64,000 bases of DNA, taken from Lactobacillaceae bacterium (GTDB lineage: Bacteria > Pseudomonadota > Alphaproteobacteria > RF32 > CAG-239). A model generated the notes under the pieces. That model searched no databases. It had not been told where the DNA came from and saw nothing but the letters and a program-made list of their open reading frames with translations. The translations under genes were made by a program, and so were the position numbers. This document shows positions 37,527-46,719 of this stretch, in pieces. The DNA lies in NCBI GenBank assembly GCA_031271345.1, contig JAISVX010000002.1:44832-108831 (forward strand). The letters are read 5' to 3'. Every line of letters begins with the position of its first letter. Position 1 is the first letter of the stretch.

Positions 37527-38057
37527 CTATATAAGGTTTTCATCAAGGAGTTTTTTTATTGCGGTTTTGTTTGACGGCAGACCAAAATCATCGGGGTTTA
37601 TTTTATCTTTTTCAATAAATATAACTTCTAAAACCTCGTTTATATCAATTTTCATTCTGCTCATATCTTTTATTCCGCACTTAAAGAAAAAATCCAGAGG
37701 GTATGAATTTACGGACTGATATAAATATGAGTTAGGTATGGAAAACAAATATTTTTCAACTTCAATATCAACGTTTATCTCTTCTTTGGTTTCTCTAATA
37801 AGAGCTTCTTCAATGGTTTCTTTGATGTCGACAAAGCCGCCCGGCAGTCCGAGCATGTTTTTGCCAGGCTCTTTTGCTCTTCTTATTGTTAAAAGCCTAC
37901 CTTTTTCGTCCACGATTATCGGTCCTGCGCCAATCGCGGGGTTTTTATAAAATTCGAAACCGCAATTGCCGCATTTTTTTGCAATCGGGCTTTTTATTCC
38001 AAATTTATCCGAGCCGCATTTCGGACAATATTTAAAAGCGTCTAACGGGTGGGGCAT
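37527..38057 (-). CDS. Nudix hydrolase with N-terminal zinc ribbon
   Basis: CPKCG..CGNCG; PGGFVD..ETIEEALIRETKEE. Confidence 0.9.
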   Translation of the reverse strand: MPHPLDAFKYCPKCGSDKFGIKSPIAKKCGNCGFEFYKNPAIGAGPIIVDEKGRLLTIRRAKEPGKNMLGLPGGFVDIKETIEEALIRETKEEINVDIEVEKYLFSIPNSYLYQSVNSYPLDFFFKCGIKDMSRMKIDINEVLEVIFIEKDKINPDDFGLPSNKTAIKKLLDENLI

Positions 38058-38117
38058 TTTTTCTTCCTGATTAAGTCTGTTGTTGCTGGAGATACATTAT
38101 AATAAATTTAAAAAAAA

Positions 38118-38143
38118 TGAAACCGCTATTTCTAGCGGTTTCA
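38118..38143 (-). terminator. terminator
   Basis: TGAAACCGCTA-TTTC-TAGCGGTTTCA with adjacent A run. Confidence 0.8.
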
Positions 38144-38165
38144 AAATCGTTTGTAAGGATGTTCT

Positions 38166-39458
38166 TTATCTCCTTCTGCTGCTGCCGTTGTTAGAGCTTG
38201 AGCTGCGGCCTGAGCTTTCCGCGGATGAACGCGAACCGCCGCTTTGACTGCTGCTGACGCCCGAAGATTGGCGGCTTGTCGAAGTCGATGAACGACTGAC
38301 GGATGATTCTGAAGAACCTCGACCGCCTTGGCTGTAGCCGGAGCCAGTTGAAGTTCTGGAACCTGTTTCCCTCAAAACCTCGCGGTTCCCGCCGGAGTTT
38401 CTTTGGTAAGAAGAGCTTCTTGACGATTGTCCAGAACTGCTTTGGACTTCCGTAGAAGTCGTGCTGGTGGTTCTTCTTGTTATGGTTCCTTCTCTGCTGA
38501 CAGAAGTTGAACTTCTGTTGTCGTCAACATCGCGGGAGCCTGAATAACTCGTCGAACCTGAACTTCGTCCGTAGCTGGAGCCGGTGGCTTCATCGTTTCT
38601 GCCTGATGTTCTGCCGCTGCCCCCCAGATTGTCTCTGTAGGTCGAACTGGTTTGGTCTCTGTTCGAGCGGTAGGACGATTGGCGAGAATGGCTGGTTGTG
38701 CCGCTTTCTCTTGTCGAGGTCGAAGTTGACCTGCCGGTTTCGTAACCTCTCCTTGCAGTTTCAAACTCGCGTCTCAAAACATCTCGTCCAGTGTCCATAC
38801 TTTCTCTCGAAACCCTTCTTTCATCGGAGTTCAGGGAGTTGTATGTTCTGCTCGGTCTTCCATTGGGCGCGTTCCTATGTCCATAACTGGAATTTCCATA
38901 GTATTGATAACGCCTTCCATCGCCGCGGCGATTATGGAAGTTTGCATAGTAGCTCGGTCTGTGGTTGTGTCTCCATGTCAGCTGAATATAGTTGTAGCTC
39001 CAATCGAAATACGAATACGCGTAAGGAATGGAATTACAGTAATGCCAGCTTAAATGGTTTCCGTAGTAATGAACCCTGGGATATGTGCGTCCGCCATAGA
39101 TGTACTCATCATAGCTTAAGGACCATACCCAATGTCCGTTAACCAACAGAATGTGAACCGCCGCGAGACCAAATCTGTCTCTGCTCAAAACCATACGGTG
39201 CAGCGGGCGGAAGTCCATGTGCATGACCTCCCACTCGTAAAGACCGTTTCCAACAGGATACCCTACGAAGAAATCTCCGTCGCCATAGTAATGAATTTTC
39301 GTTCCTTGGGGACCGGAGAAATATCCGCTGGGGATGTAGCGTTCGTAGATGTCCCAGCAGTAATCCTCATCGTAGTAATAAGTTACGCTGGTTTGAGCGT
39401 TTGCGCTGATGTTGCATACCGCTAACATTGTCAGCACGATAAAAATCAGTTTTTTCAT
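38166..39458 (-). CDS. exported Tyr-rich protein with long Ser/Arg/Gly low-complexity tail
   Basis: Signal peptide ending ANAQ; aromatic N-domain; low-complexity C-terminal half; own promoter TTGACA-17-TATTCT. Confidence 0.75.
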   Translation of the reverse strand: MKKLIFIVLTMLAVCNISANAQTSVTYYYDEDYCWDIYERYIPSGYFSGPQGTKIHYYGDGDFFVGYPVGNGLYEWEVMHMDFRPLHRMVLSRDRFGLAAVHILLVNGHWVWSLSYDEYIYGGRTYPRVHYYGNHLSWHYCNSIPYAYSYFDWSYNYIQLTWRHNHRPSYYANFHNRRGDGRRYQYYGNSSYGHRNAPNGRPSRTYNSLNSDERRVSRESMDTGRDVLRREFETARRGYETGRSTSTSTRESGTTSHSRQSSYRSNRDQTSSTYRDNLGGSGRTSGRNDEATGSSYGRSSGSTSYSGSRDVDDNRSSTSVSREGTITRRTTSTTSTEVQSSSGQSSRSSSYQRNSGGNREVLRETGSRTSTGSGYSQGGRGSSESSVSRSSTSTSRQSSGVSSSQSGGSRSSAESSGRSSSSNNGSSRRR

Positions 39459-39706
39459 TTTTTTAAACGATTTAGGACCAGAATTTAAGCTTTAATTTTC
39501 TAAATTCCAGCGTTATTAATAATCTTATTTTGTTTGATGCCAATAATAAAAAGTGTCCTTATAGAATACGTTTTTTTCTAATTTTTGTCAACTTTTACTT
39601 TATAGCAAAATTTATTAAGCTTATCTCTGGAAGATTTTTTAATAGAGATTATCTAAATAGTCTGATATATTAAGCTTGTTGATAAAAACATTTTAGGAGG
39701 ACAAAT

Positions 39707-40081
39707 ATGAAAAAGTTATTGTTGGCGGTTATTTCTATTATGGTTGCTAGCCCGGCATTTGCCGAGCAGGCAAAAGAAGGAAGGTATATGGGCGGTTTTA
39801 CTGGTCCTTCGGCGAATGAAACAATAACGGTTGAAGAAGCGAAAAAGCTTAGCGACGATGCGGATGTTGTTTTGGTTGGAAACATTATAAGCCATGTAAA
39901 AGGCGAGAATTATATGTTCAAGGATGAAACGGGAACAATAGTTGTCGAAATTGATAAAAAAGACTGGAGAGGTCAGGATGTCGCTCCAGGGGATAAGGTG
40001 CAAATCATTGGAGAAGTTGATAAAAGCTTGTTAAAAGACCCCAAAATAGACGTTGATCAAATTACTAAGCTGGCGAAGTAA
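39707..40081 (+). CDS. BOF (YgiW/YdeI) OB-fold periplasmic protein
   Basis: Signal peptide; GGFTGP; G.II......Y.F.D.TG.I.VEID; I.GEVDK. Confidence 0.88.
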   Translation: MKKLLLAVISIMVASPAFAEQAKEGRYMGGFTGPSANETITVEEAKKLSDDADVVLVGNIISHVKGENYMFKDETGTIVVEIDKKDWRGQDVAPGDKVQIIGEVDKSLLKDPKIDVDQITKLAK

Positions 40082-40093
40082 AAAGAGTCTATG

Positions 40094-40130
40094 AAAAAGG
40101 CGTCGTTATTACATATAAGGCGCCTTTTTT
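40094..40130 (+). terminator. terminator
   Basis: AAAAAGGCGTC...GGCGCCTTTTTT. Confidence 0.75.
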
Positions 40131-40174
40131 ATAAAAACTGCACATATAACAACCAAAATTGAAAAGGATTTATA

Positions 40175-40543
40175 ATGAAAAAAATAATTTACTTTTTGTT
40201 TCTTGTTTCAGTTTCCTTTCCTGCCTTTGCGCAGACATCGTTGGATGTAACTGCTTCGCAGATTGAATATCTTGAATCTGGAGAAAATATCATTCTTACG
40301 GGAGATGTAATCCAGCATATAAAAGGCGATGAATATTTGTTTGCTGACCAAACCGGCAGAGTAATTATAAAAGTTAACGAAGCTTTATGGAAAGGTCGAA
40401 CAATTCATGACAACGATGTTTTAAGGCTGTATGGAACAATAGAAAAAGATAGTTTTGACGGTTCTATCATTGTGTATATTCACCTGATTTTAAATGGAGA
40501 AGATGAAAAAATACCAGTAAGCAGACCTACTGGTATTTTCTAA
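40175..40543 (+). CDS. second BOF OB-fold protein (divergent paralog)
   Basis: GDVIQHIKGDEYLFADQTG aligns with upstream gene. Confidence 0.8.
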   Translation: MKKIIYFLFLVSVSFPAFAQTSLDVTASQIEYLESGENIILTGDVIQHIKGDEYLFADQTGRVIIKVNEALWKGRTIHDNDVLRLYGTIEKDSFDGSIIVYIHLILNGEDEKIPVSRPTGIF

Positions 40544-40563
40544 TTTTTGATTTTTGGTTTAAT

Positions 40564-41502
40564 TTACTGTTTGCAGATAAATCCACCGTTAAGTTTGTTT
40601 TCAAACCACATTCCTTTTTTGCAGTCGTTCATGCAGTCGACTTTGCATTTTCCTGTGAATCTGTCGCAATATCCGCATAGCTTGTCACAGTCGAAACATG
40701 GTTTTCCGCCGAATTCTTTTCTTGGGCATGTTATTCTATCGGATGGATTCCTGTCATATAATCCGCCGTCAAAGCATGTTAAGGGTCTGCAGTCTTTGTA
40801 GCATGTATTTTCAAAATATTTTACTTCGCTGCATTTGTGGTTTTCAGGTATGCTGTCAATATATCCGCCATTCTCACAGCTGTTTGCAAAGCATCTTGAA
40901 TATTTGACGACTCCATTTTCTTCGCGGCAAGTGCTGGCCGAGGCATCTGGTCCCTGATTGCAGGTTTTATAAAAAGACGCGCATTTGCAAGACTGATATT
41001 TTCCGCCGCAGGATTCTCCGACTCCGATCATTCCGCCTTGGCTGCATGTTTTATAAAATGTATACGGGCAAGAGCAGGTTTCATTTTTTCCGTTGCATGT
41101 TAAACCTGACAAGCCCTTAGGTGCCGGGCAGTTTTCTGTCGAATATTTATATTTTGCTTCACACCCGCATGCTTCAAACTTACCATCGCAGGATTCTCCA
41201 GAAAGCATTTTTGGATAAGGGCAGTTGTATATGTCATATTTATATCTGTTTGGACTGCACACGCAGCGTCTGAAAAAAGACTTATTGCTTGGACAGAAGT
41301 TTGCCGGAGTTTGATTTCCGAAACATTTTGTTAAAGGGAATCCAGAGGCAATACACGGATTCTTTCTATAGTTTTTTGATTTAATAGCTTCCGGGTCTTT
41401 TAAAAAATATACACCAGCGCTGCTTTGATGAACAAAAGCAACCGTGATTAAAACGATAGAGGTCAAAAGCCCTAAGAGTATGTTTCTAACTGGATTAGAC
41501 AT
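40564..41502 (-). CDS. exported cysteine-rich repeat protein
   Basis: Signal peptide; 34 Cys in 312 aa by manual count; repeated CxC..C..CxGKxxxC units. Confidence 0.75.
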   Translation of the reverse strand: MSNPVRNILLGLLTSIVLITVAFVHQSSAGVYFLKDPEAIKSKNYRKNPCIASGFPLTKCFGNQTPANFCPSNKSFFRRCVCSPNRYKYDIYNCPYPKMLSGESCDGKFEACGCEAKYKYSTENCPAPKGLSGLTCNGKNETCSCPYTFYKTCSQGGMIGVGESCGGKYQSCKCASFYKTCNQGPDASASTCREENGVVKYSRCFANSCENGGYIDSIPENHKCSEVKYFENTCYKDCRPLTCFDGGLYDRNPSDRITCPRKEFGGKPCFDCDKLCGYCDRFTGKCKVDCMNDCKKGMWFENKLNGGFICKQ

Positions 41503-41683
41503 TAGATTTTCCTATCTGGATGTATAACATTTGAGTCAATATACAATAGTTCTTATCAAAAATCAACAAAAAATAAACAAAATATACAAAAAAGCGTCTT
41601 GAATATATTTAAACATTAAATTACAGTTATGGTAATAAAAATTAAATTTTTAAGCGTTAGTATAATATAGTGGAGAAATATAT

Positions 41684-42319
41684 ATGACCAAAGATAAGGA
41701 ACTGCTGTATTTATATAATGAGATTTTTGTTGCGGGAAACGAATATGCGGGACCCGAAATGAAAAACTCTCTGGATTTTTCTGACTTTAATACAAAGGTT
41801 ATAATTTCTGCGCCGCATTCCACTCGTTCAACGCTGAATAATAAATTAAAAGTTACGGATATGTATACCGGCGCAATAACAAAGTTTATTGGTGAGAAAA
41901 ATAAGCTGTCTCACCTTGTCAGAACAAAGCACATTACAAAAGAAGAAAACATCTGGGATTATGTTTTGGAGAAAAAAATCGCCGGCAAATTTTTTCTGGA
42001 CTTTCACGGCACCCGTATGGATAATGATTTCAACTTAGCGGTCGGGACAGGTTATTTTGGCGAAGATATGTACGAGGATGAATTAAATTATATAAAGGCG
42101 CTTGCGGGAAAAATGGATATAAAATTGGCGGTAAATCATCCAAATTATGAGGGAAAGGTTGGTTTGACAGGGCATTTGCAAAAAGCCGAAAGCAATAATA
42201 AAGCCTTGCAGTTTGAGTGGCGTCCCGATTATAGAAATATATATGAAAATATCGACAATGTGCTAAATAAAACTATTCCATTTATGGAAAGTATCGTAGA
42301 ATTTTTAAATTATAAATAA
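41684..42319 (+). CDS. N-formylglutamate amidohydrolase-like Zn hydrolase
   Basis: ISAPHS, D.YT, LDFHG and ALQFE motifs. Confidence 0.5.
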   Translation: MTKDKELLYLYNEIFVAGNEYAGPEMKNSLDFSDFNTKVIISAPHSTRSTLNNKLKVTDMYTGAITKFIGEKNKLSHLVRTKHITKEENIWDYVLEKKIAGKFFLDFHGTRMDNDFNLAVGTGYFGEDMYEDELNYIKALAGKMDIKLAVNHPNYEGKVGLTGHLQKAESNNKALQFEWRPDYRNIYENIDNVLNKTIPFMESIVEFLNYK

Positions 42320-42340
42320 ATGTAAGCAATAGGTGTCTCA

Positions 42341-43567
42341 ATGGTAAATGATAAAACAAAAAAAATAATTTTACTTATGACTGTAATTGTAATCGCAATT
42401 ATGGCGTATCTTGTCCATTCTCCAAAATTTAGGCATTATTATAAAGGCACCCAGCCTAAATTGGTTGAGTTAAAGAATAGAGCCATTGCTGCGAAAGGGA
42501 TAAAAATAAAGTCGGAAAAACGCGCTAAATCAGTTCAGCCAGCCTTGCCTGAGATAACCATCCAAAAAGTAAAAATCGGAATAAGCCTGCCGTTGACAGG
42601 AGAGGGGGCGATAATAGGCAATGCCGTAAAACAGTCTCTTGAGATGGCGCAGTCAGAAACTCCTCAGGATACAAAATACAAATATGAAATAATATTTAAT
42701 GACAGTAATGGTCTGGGCAAATCTATAGAAGAAAACACCGCCGGTTTAATTACCTCAGATAAGGTCGACGTTATGCTGTCTTTAATGAACAAAGACGCCG
42801 AAATAGTCGGAAGAATGACGGACGGATACCAGATTCCTCATATAACATGCGCGTATGGCAGAGAGGCGGTAAAAGAATATAAATATACTTTCAATCATTT
42901 TCCAACGCCTGAAACCAAAGCGAAATCTTTTATAAAAAATCTTGAGGACAATAATATAAAAATATTTTCAATTGTTGCTCAAGACGTTCCTTATATAAAT
43001 GAGATTCTTGACGCTGTAGAAAATGAAGCAAGAGAAAATAATTATCCGATATACAATAAAGTGATGGTAAAAAAAGGCACTTCTGATTTTTCAAAAGAGG
43101 TGGACAGTCTGGTCGCAAAAATGCCGGAAGCCGTGATGGTTATGCTGGAGCCTGATGAGATGGAGTTTTTTGCGGAACAGTTGGATAACGCCGCTGAAGA
43201 TGTTTTCGTATATACATCAATTGATTTGCTGCACAATTTTTACAATAAGAAGCTGGTAGACGGCGCAATATACATTATTGCTTCTGACGGCGATTTTAGG
43301 TTTAAAACGGATTTTAGAAAAAGGTCGGTGCTTCAGGTTCCGTTATGCGCCGTAAATTTATATGACGCGTATAAAATGATTGTTCAGGCTTATGAAAAAT
43401 CAGCGGGAAGCGTGAAACCAAAAAGCGATGTTATTTATGAAGAAATCTACACAATATCAGACTTTCCTTCGGCATCGGGCGCGGATATAAAGGTATCGTT
43501 GGATAGAACGATAGATTCGCCGATGATAGGCGTTAAGATAGAAAAAGGATTTCTAAAATATGAATAA
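42341..43567 (+). CDS. type 1 periplasmic (LivJ-like) substrate-binding protein, membrane anchored
   Basis: KIGISLPLTG..A..G, YDAY motif, N-terminal TM helix. Confidence 0.75.
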   Translation: MVNDKTKKIILLMTVIVIAIMAYLVHSPKFRHYYKGTQPKLVELKNRAIAAKGIKIKSEKRAKSVQPALPEITIQKVKIGISLPLTGEGAIIGNAVKQSLEMAQSETPQDTKYKYEIIFNDSNGLGKSIEENTAGLITSDKVDVMLSLMNKDAEIVGRMTDGYQIPHITCAYGREAVKEYKYTFNHFPTPETKAKSFIKNLEDNNIKIFSIVAQDVPYINEILDAVENEARENNYPIYNKVMVKKGTSDFSKEVDSLVAKMPEAVMVMLEPDEMEFFAEQLDNAAEDVFVYTSIDLLHNFYNKKLVDGAIYIIASDGDFRFKTDFRKRSVLQVPLCAVNLYDAYKMIVQAYEKSAGSVKPKSDVIYEEIYTISDFPSASGADIKVSLDRTIDSPMIGVKIEKGFLKYE

Positions 43568-43597
43568 AAAAAGCCTCCGTTTGGAGGCTCTTTTTTT
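43566..43597. terminator. bidirectional terminator
   Basis: AGCCTCC-GTTT-GGAGGCT flanked by A and T runs. Confidence 0.8.
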
Positions 43598-46500
43598 ATT
43601 TCTTGGAATCAACTGTTTTTTCACCCGAAACTCTTTCTCTGATAGTTTCAAATAAAACATACAGCATTGGAATTATAAGAACGCCGAGAACAGTTGCCAG
43701 AGCCATACCATAAACTGTCGTAACGCCGATTGCTCTACGGCTTTCAGCATTCGCGCCAGTCGCGGTAATAAGAGGTATGACGCCCAAAACGAAGGTGAGG
43801 GCGGTCATCCACAAAGCCCTATATCTTTCTTTGGTGCCGTTCATCGCAGCCTTGAGAGTTGTTGTCTTATTCTGCTCTTTGTCATCTTTGGCAAACTCTA
43901 CAATCAAAATAGCGTTCTTTGCCGCAAGACCGACTAAAAGGATTAAACCTAACTGCGCATATATGCTTAATGATATTCTGTATAGAAACAATCCCAATAA
44001 CGCGCCGATCATCGCAACGGTAACGGATGACAGCACGGGAATAGGAATTGTCCAGCTTTCATATTGAGCAACCAGAAACAAATATCCGAATATAAGCGCA
44101 AGCATAATCAAATATGACACTTCGCCCTCTGTATCGGCTTCCTGATATGTTATGCCGGACCAGGAATAAGTAAAGCCTTTAGGAAGAGCCTTGGCAAGAC
44201 CTGCAATTTTGCTCATTGCGGTACCGCTCGGCACGCCTGCCATCGTCATTGCGGTTACTGCCGCGCTTGGATATTGGTTATATCTGGTGATGTTTCTAGG
44301 AGCCAAAATCTTTTTAGTTTCAACCAGGCTTCCCAGAGGAACCGCCTTTCCGCTGCTGCTGATTGCATATAGGTCTTCAATGCTCGATATGTTTTTTCTA
44401 AACTCAAAGTCGGATTGAATGACAACTTTATTAACCTGTGTGCCAAAGTTAACGTCATTGATGTATGTTGAGCCTAGATAATTTTGGAACACTCCGAAAA
44501 CATCGCTTACAGGAATCCCCATCAACTCGGCTTTTTCTCTGTCTACGGTAATATAGATGTTTGGAGTTTGAGAAGTGTAGCTTGTAAACGCGTACATAAT
44601 CTCAGGCAGCGCGTTGATTTGTCCAAGATAAGACTGCAAAGCGGCGTCGAGTTTCTGCGGGTCGGAAGTTTCCGTAGACTGCAGTTGGATGCTTAAACCG
44701 CTTGTCATGCCCATACCTGGAATAGCCGGAGGTTCAAATAAGTTAATAGCGGCGTTCGGTATGGAAGATATTTTTTGCGATATTTTGTTGCGTATGTTTG
44801 TCGAGTGTAAAGCGGCGTCGGATCTTTCTCCCCAGTCTTTAAGAATAAACACGCCCATAGCGCTGTTATCACTTGCGCCTCCCAGCATGCTGAAACCGTT
44901 AATGAACATTACATGGTCGACGCCGGCTTCTTCTTCCGCAATAGAAGAAATTTGCTCTGTAAGAGCGTTTGTCCTGCTTCTTGTCGCGCCTTCCGGCAGC
45001 CTGATGTCGACGAACACGGCGCCTTGATCCTCATCCGGGATAAAGCTTGTCTGAGTTATTCTCAAGAGCAGCACAACCGAAATTACAAGCAAAACAAGAA
45101 CAAGGGCAATAACGCTAATCTTTCTTGCAAATATGGAAATAAGCGCGATATATCTGTCTCTGGTGCTTGTTACAAAATTATTGAACCAATGCAGCGGACC
45201 AGAAGTTCTTGCTTTGAAAGGTTTCAATATTGTAGCGCAGAGGGCGGGAGATAATGTAAGCGCATTAATTGCCGAGAATATTAATGCCGCCGAAATTGTA
45301 ACCGCGAACTGCTGATAAATTTTACCCGTAATACCGCCTAAAAAGCCTACTGGAACGAAAATCGCCAAAAGCACGGCTGTTGTCGCGATAATCGCGCTGG
45401 AAATTTGCTCCATTGCTTTATAGCTGGCTTCTTTAGCCGTAATCTTTTCTGCTTCCATAAGGTGCAGCACTCTTTCGACCACCAGAATAGCGTCGTCCAC
45501 CACCACGGCAATCGCCAGCACGAGGGCAAACAGCGTTAAGATGTTTAATGTATATCCCATGGCGGTTAGAACGGCAAAGGTCGTTACCAGAGATACGGGG
45601 ATGGCAATTGCAGGAATTAAAGTAGCTCTCCAGTCTTGGAGGAAGACATAACACACGGCAACCACCAATAGACCTGTCAAAAGAATAGTAAAAGCAACCT
45701 CTTCGATGGAAGCTTTAATATATTTTGTTGAATCGTAACCAATGAACAAATCAAAATCTTCGGGAAAAATTGATCTTAGCCTCTCAATGGCTTTTTTTAC
45801 GCCTTCCATAGTGTCTAAGGCATTGGCTCCAGATAACAGGTTAACCGCCATTGCCACGGAAGTTTTGCCGTCATATCTTGAGTTTGAAGTATATGATTCC
45901 TGTCCAACTTCGACTTTCGCAACATCTTTAAGTCTTAAAAGACCGCCGTTTTCATTTGTTCTGACAATGATATTTTTAAAATCTTCAACTTCGTTTAAAC
46001 GCCCTTGTGTTTGAAGGGTATATACCATTGTTTGCCTGCTGTCGTCTGGCATGCCGCCGACTTTACCCAGAGACGGCTGATAGTTTTGGCTTGAGATAGC
46101 GCTTATGATTTCGTTTACAGACATGTTTAAAGAAGTAATTTTATCCGCATCCAGCCAAACCCTCATACTGAGTTTTGACGCAAACACCTGCACTTCGCCA
46201 ACGCCTGGAACGCGGCTTATTTCATTTTTAATATTGTTTTGAATAAAGTTTGTCATAAATAATGCGTCATGCGTTCCGTTTGGCGATGTTGCCGCAAGAA
46301 ATCCCAGTGTGTCGGAAGAACGTCTTTTAACGTTAACGCCCTGTCTTTGAACCTCCTGCGGAAGCAAAGGCATAGCCTGCTGCACGCGGTTTTGAACTTT
46401 TACCTGCGCCAAATCTGGGTCGGTGCCGACCGCGAATGTAACGGTTAAAGAATAGTTTCCTGAGTTATTTGATGTTGAAGACATGTAAAGCATATTTTCC

Positions 46501-46718
46501 ACGCCGTTGACCGCTTCTTCAATAGGAATAGCCACGGTTTTTGAGATAACTTCGGCGCTTGCGCCAGGATAGTTTGCGGAAACAACCACGTCGGGAGGCG
46601 TAATCGGAGGGTATAATGCAATAGGCATTGAGAACAATGCCAGAGTACCCGCCAAGGTCATAACCAGGGCAATGACCATTGCAAAACGCGGTCTGTCAAT
46701 AAAAAACTTAGAAAACAT
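43596..46718 (-). CDS. RND efflux permease (HAE1/AcrB family)
   Basis: FFIDRP, YPGASAE, VVDDAILVVE, AQYESW, AAKNAILIVEF. Confidence 0.95.
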   Translation of the reverse strand: MFSKFFIDRPRFAMVIALVMTLAGTLALFSMPIALYPPITPPDVVVSANYPGASAEVISKTVAIPIEEAVNGVENMLYMSSTSNNSGNYSLTVTFAVGTDPDLAQVKVQNRVQQAMPLLPQEVQRQGVNVKRRSSDTLGFLAATSPNGTHDALFMTNFIQNNIKNEISRVPGVGEVQVFASKLSMRVWLDADKITSLNMSVNEIISAISSQNYQPSLGKVGGMPDDSRQTMVYTLQTQGRLNEVEDFKNIIVRTNENGGLLRLKDVAKVEVGQESYTSNSRYDGKTSVAMAVNLLSGANALDTMEGVKKAIERLRSIFPEDFDLFIGYDSTKYIKASIEEVAFTILLTGLLVVAVCYVFLQDWRATLIPAIAIPVSLVTTFAVLTAMGYTLNILTLFALVLAIAVVVDDAILVVERVLHLMEAEKITAKEASYKAMEQISSAIIATTAVLLAIFVPVGFLGGITGKIYQQFAVTISAALIFSAINALTLSPALCATILKPFKARTSGPLHWFNNFVTSTRDRYIALISIFARKISVIALVLVLLVISVVLLLRITQTSFIPDEDQGAVFVDIRLPEGATRSRTNALTEQISSIAEEEAGVDHVMFINGFSMLGGASDNSAMGVFILKDWGERSDAALHSTNIRNKISQKISSIPNAAINLFEPPAIPGMGMTSGLSIQLQSTETSDPQKLDAALQSYLGQINALPEIMYAFTSYTSQTPNIYITVDREKAELMGIPVSDVFGVFQNYLGSTYINDVNFGTQVNKVVIQSDFEFRKNISSIEDLYAISSSGKAVPLGSLVETKKILAPRNITRYNQYPSAAVTAMTMAGVPSGTAMSKIAGLAKALPKGFTYSWSGITYQEADTEGEVSYLIMLALIFGYLFLVAQYESWTIPIPVLSSVTVAMIGALLGLFLYRISLSIYAQLGLILLVGLAAKNAILIVEFAKDDKEQNKTTTLKAAMNGTKERYRALWMTALTFVLGVIPLITATGANAESRRAIGVTTVYGMALATVLGVLIIPMLYVLFETIRERVSGEKTVDSKK

Positions 46719-46719
46719 A

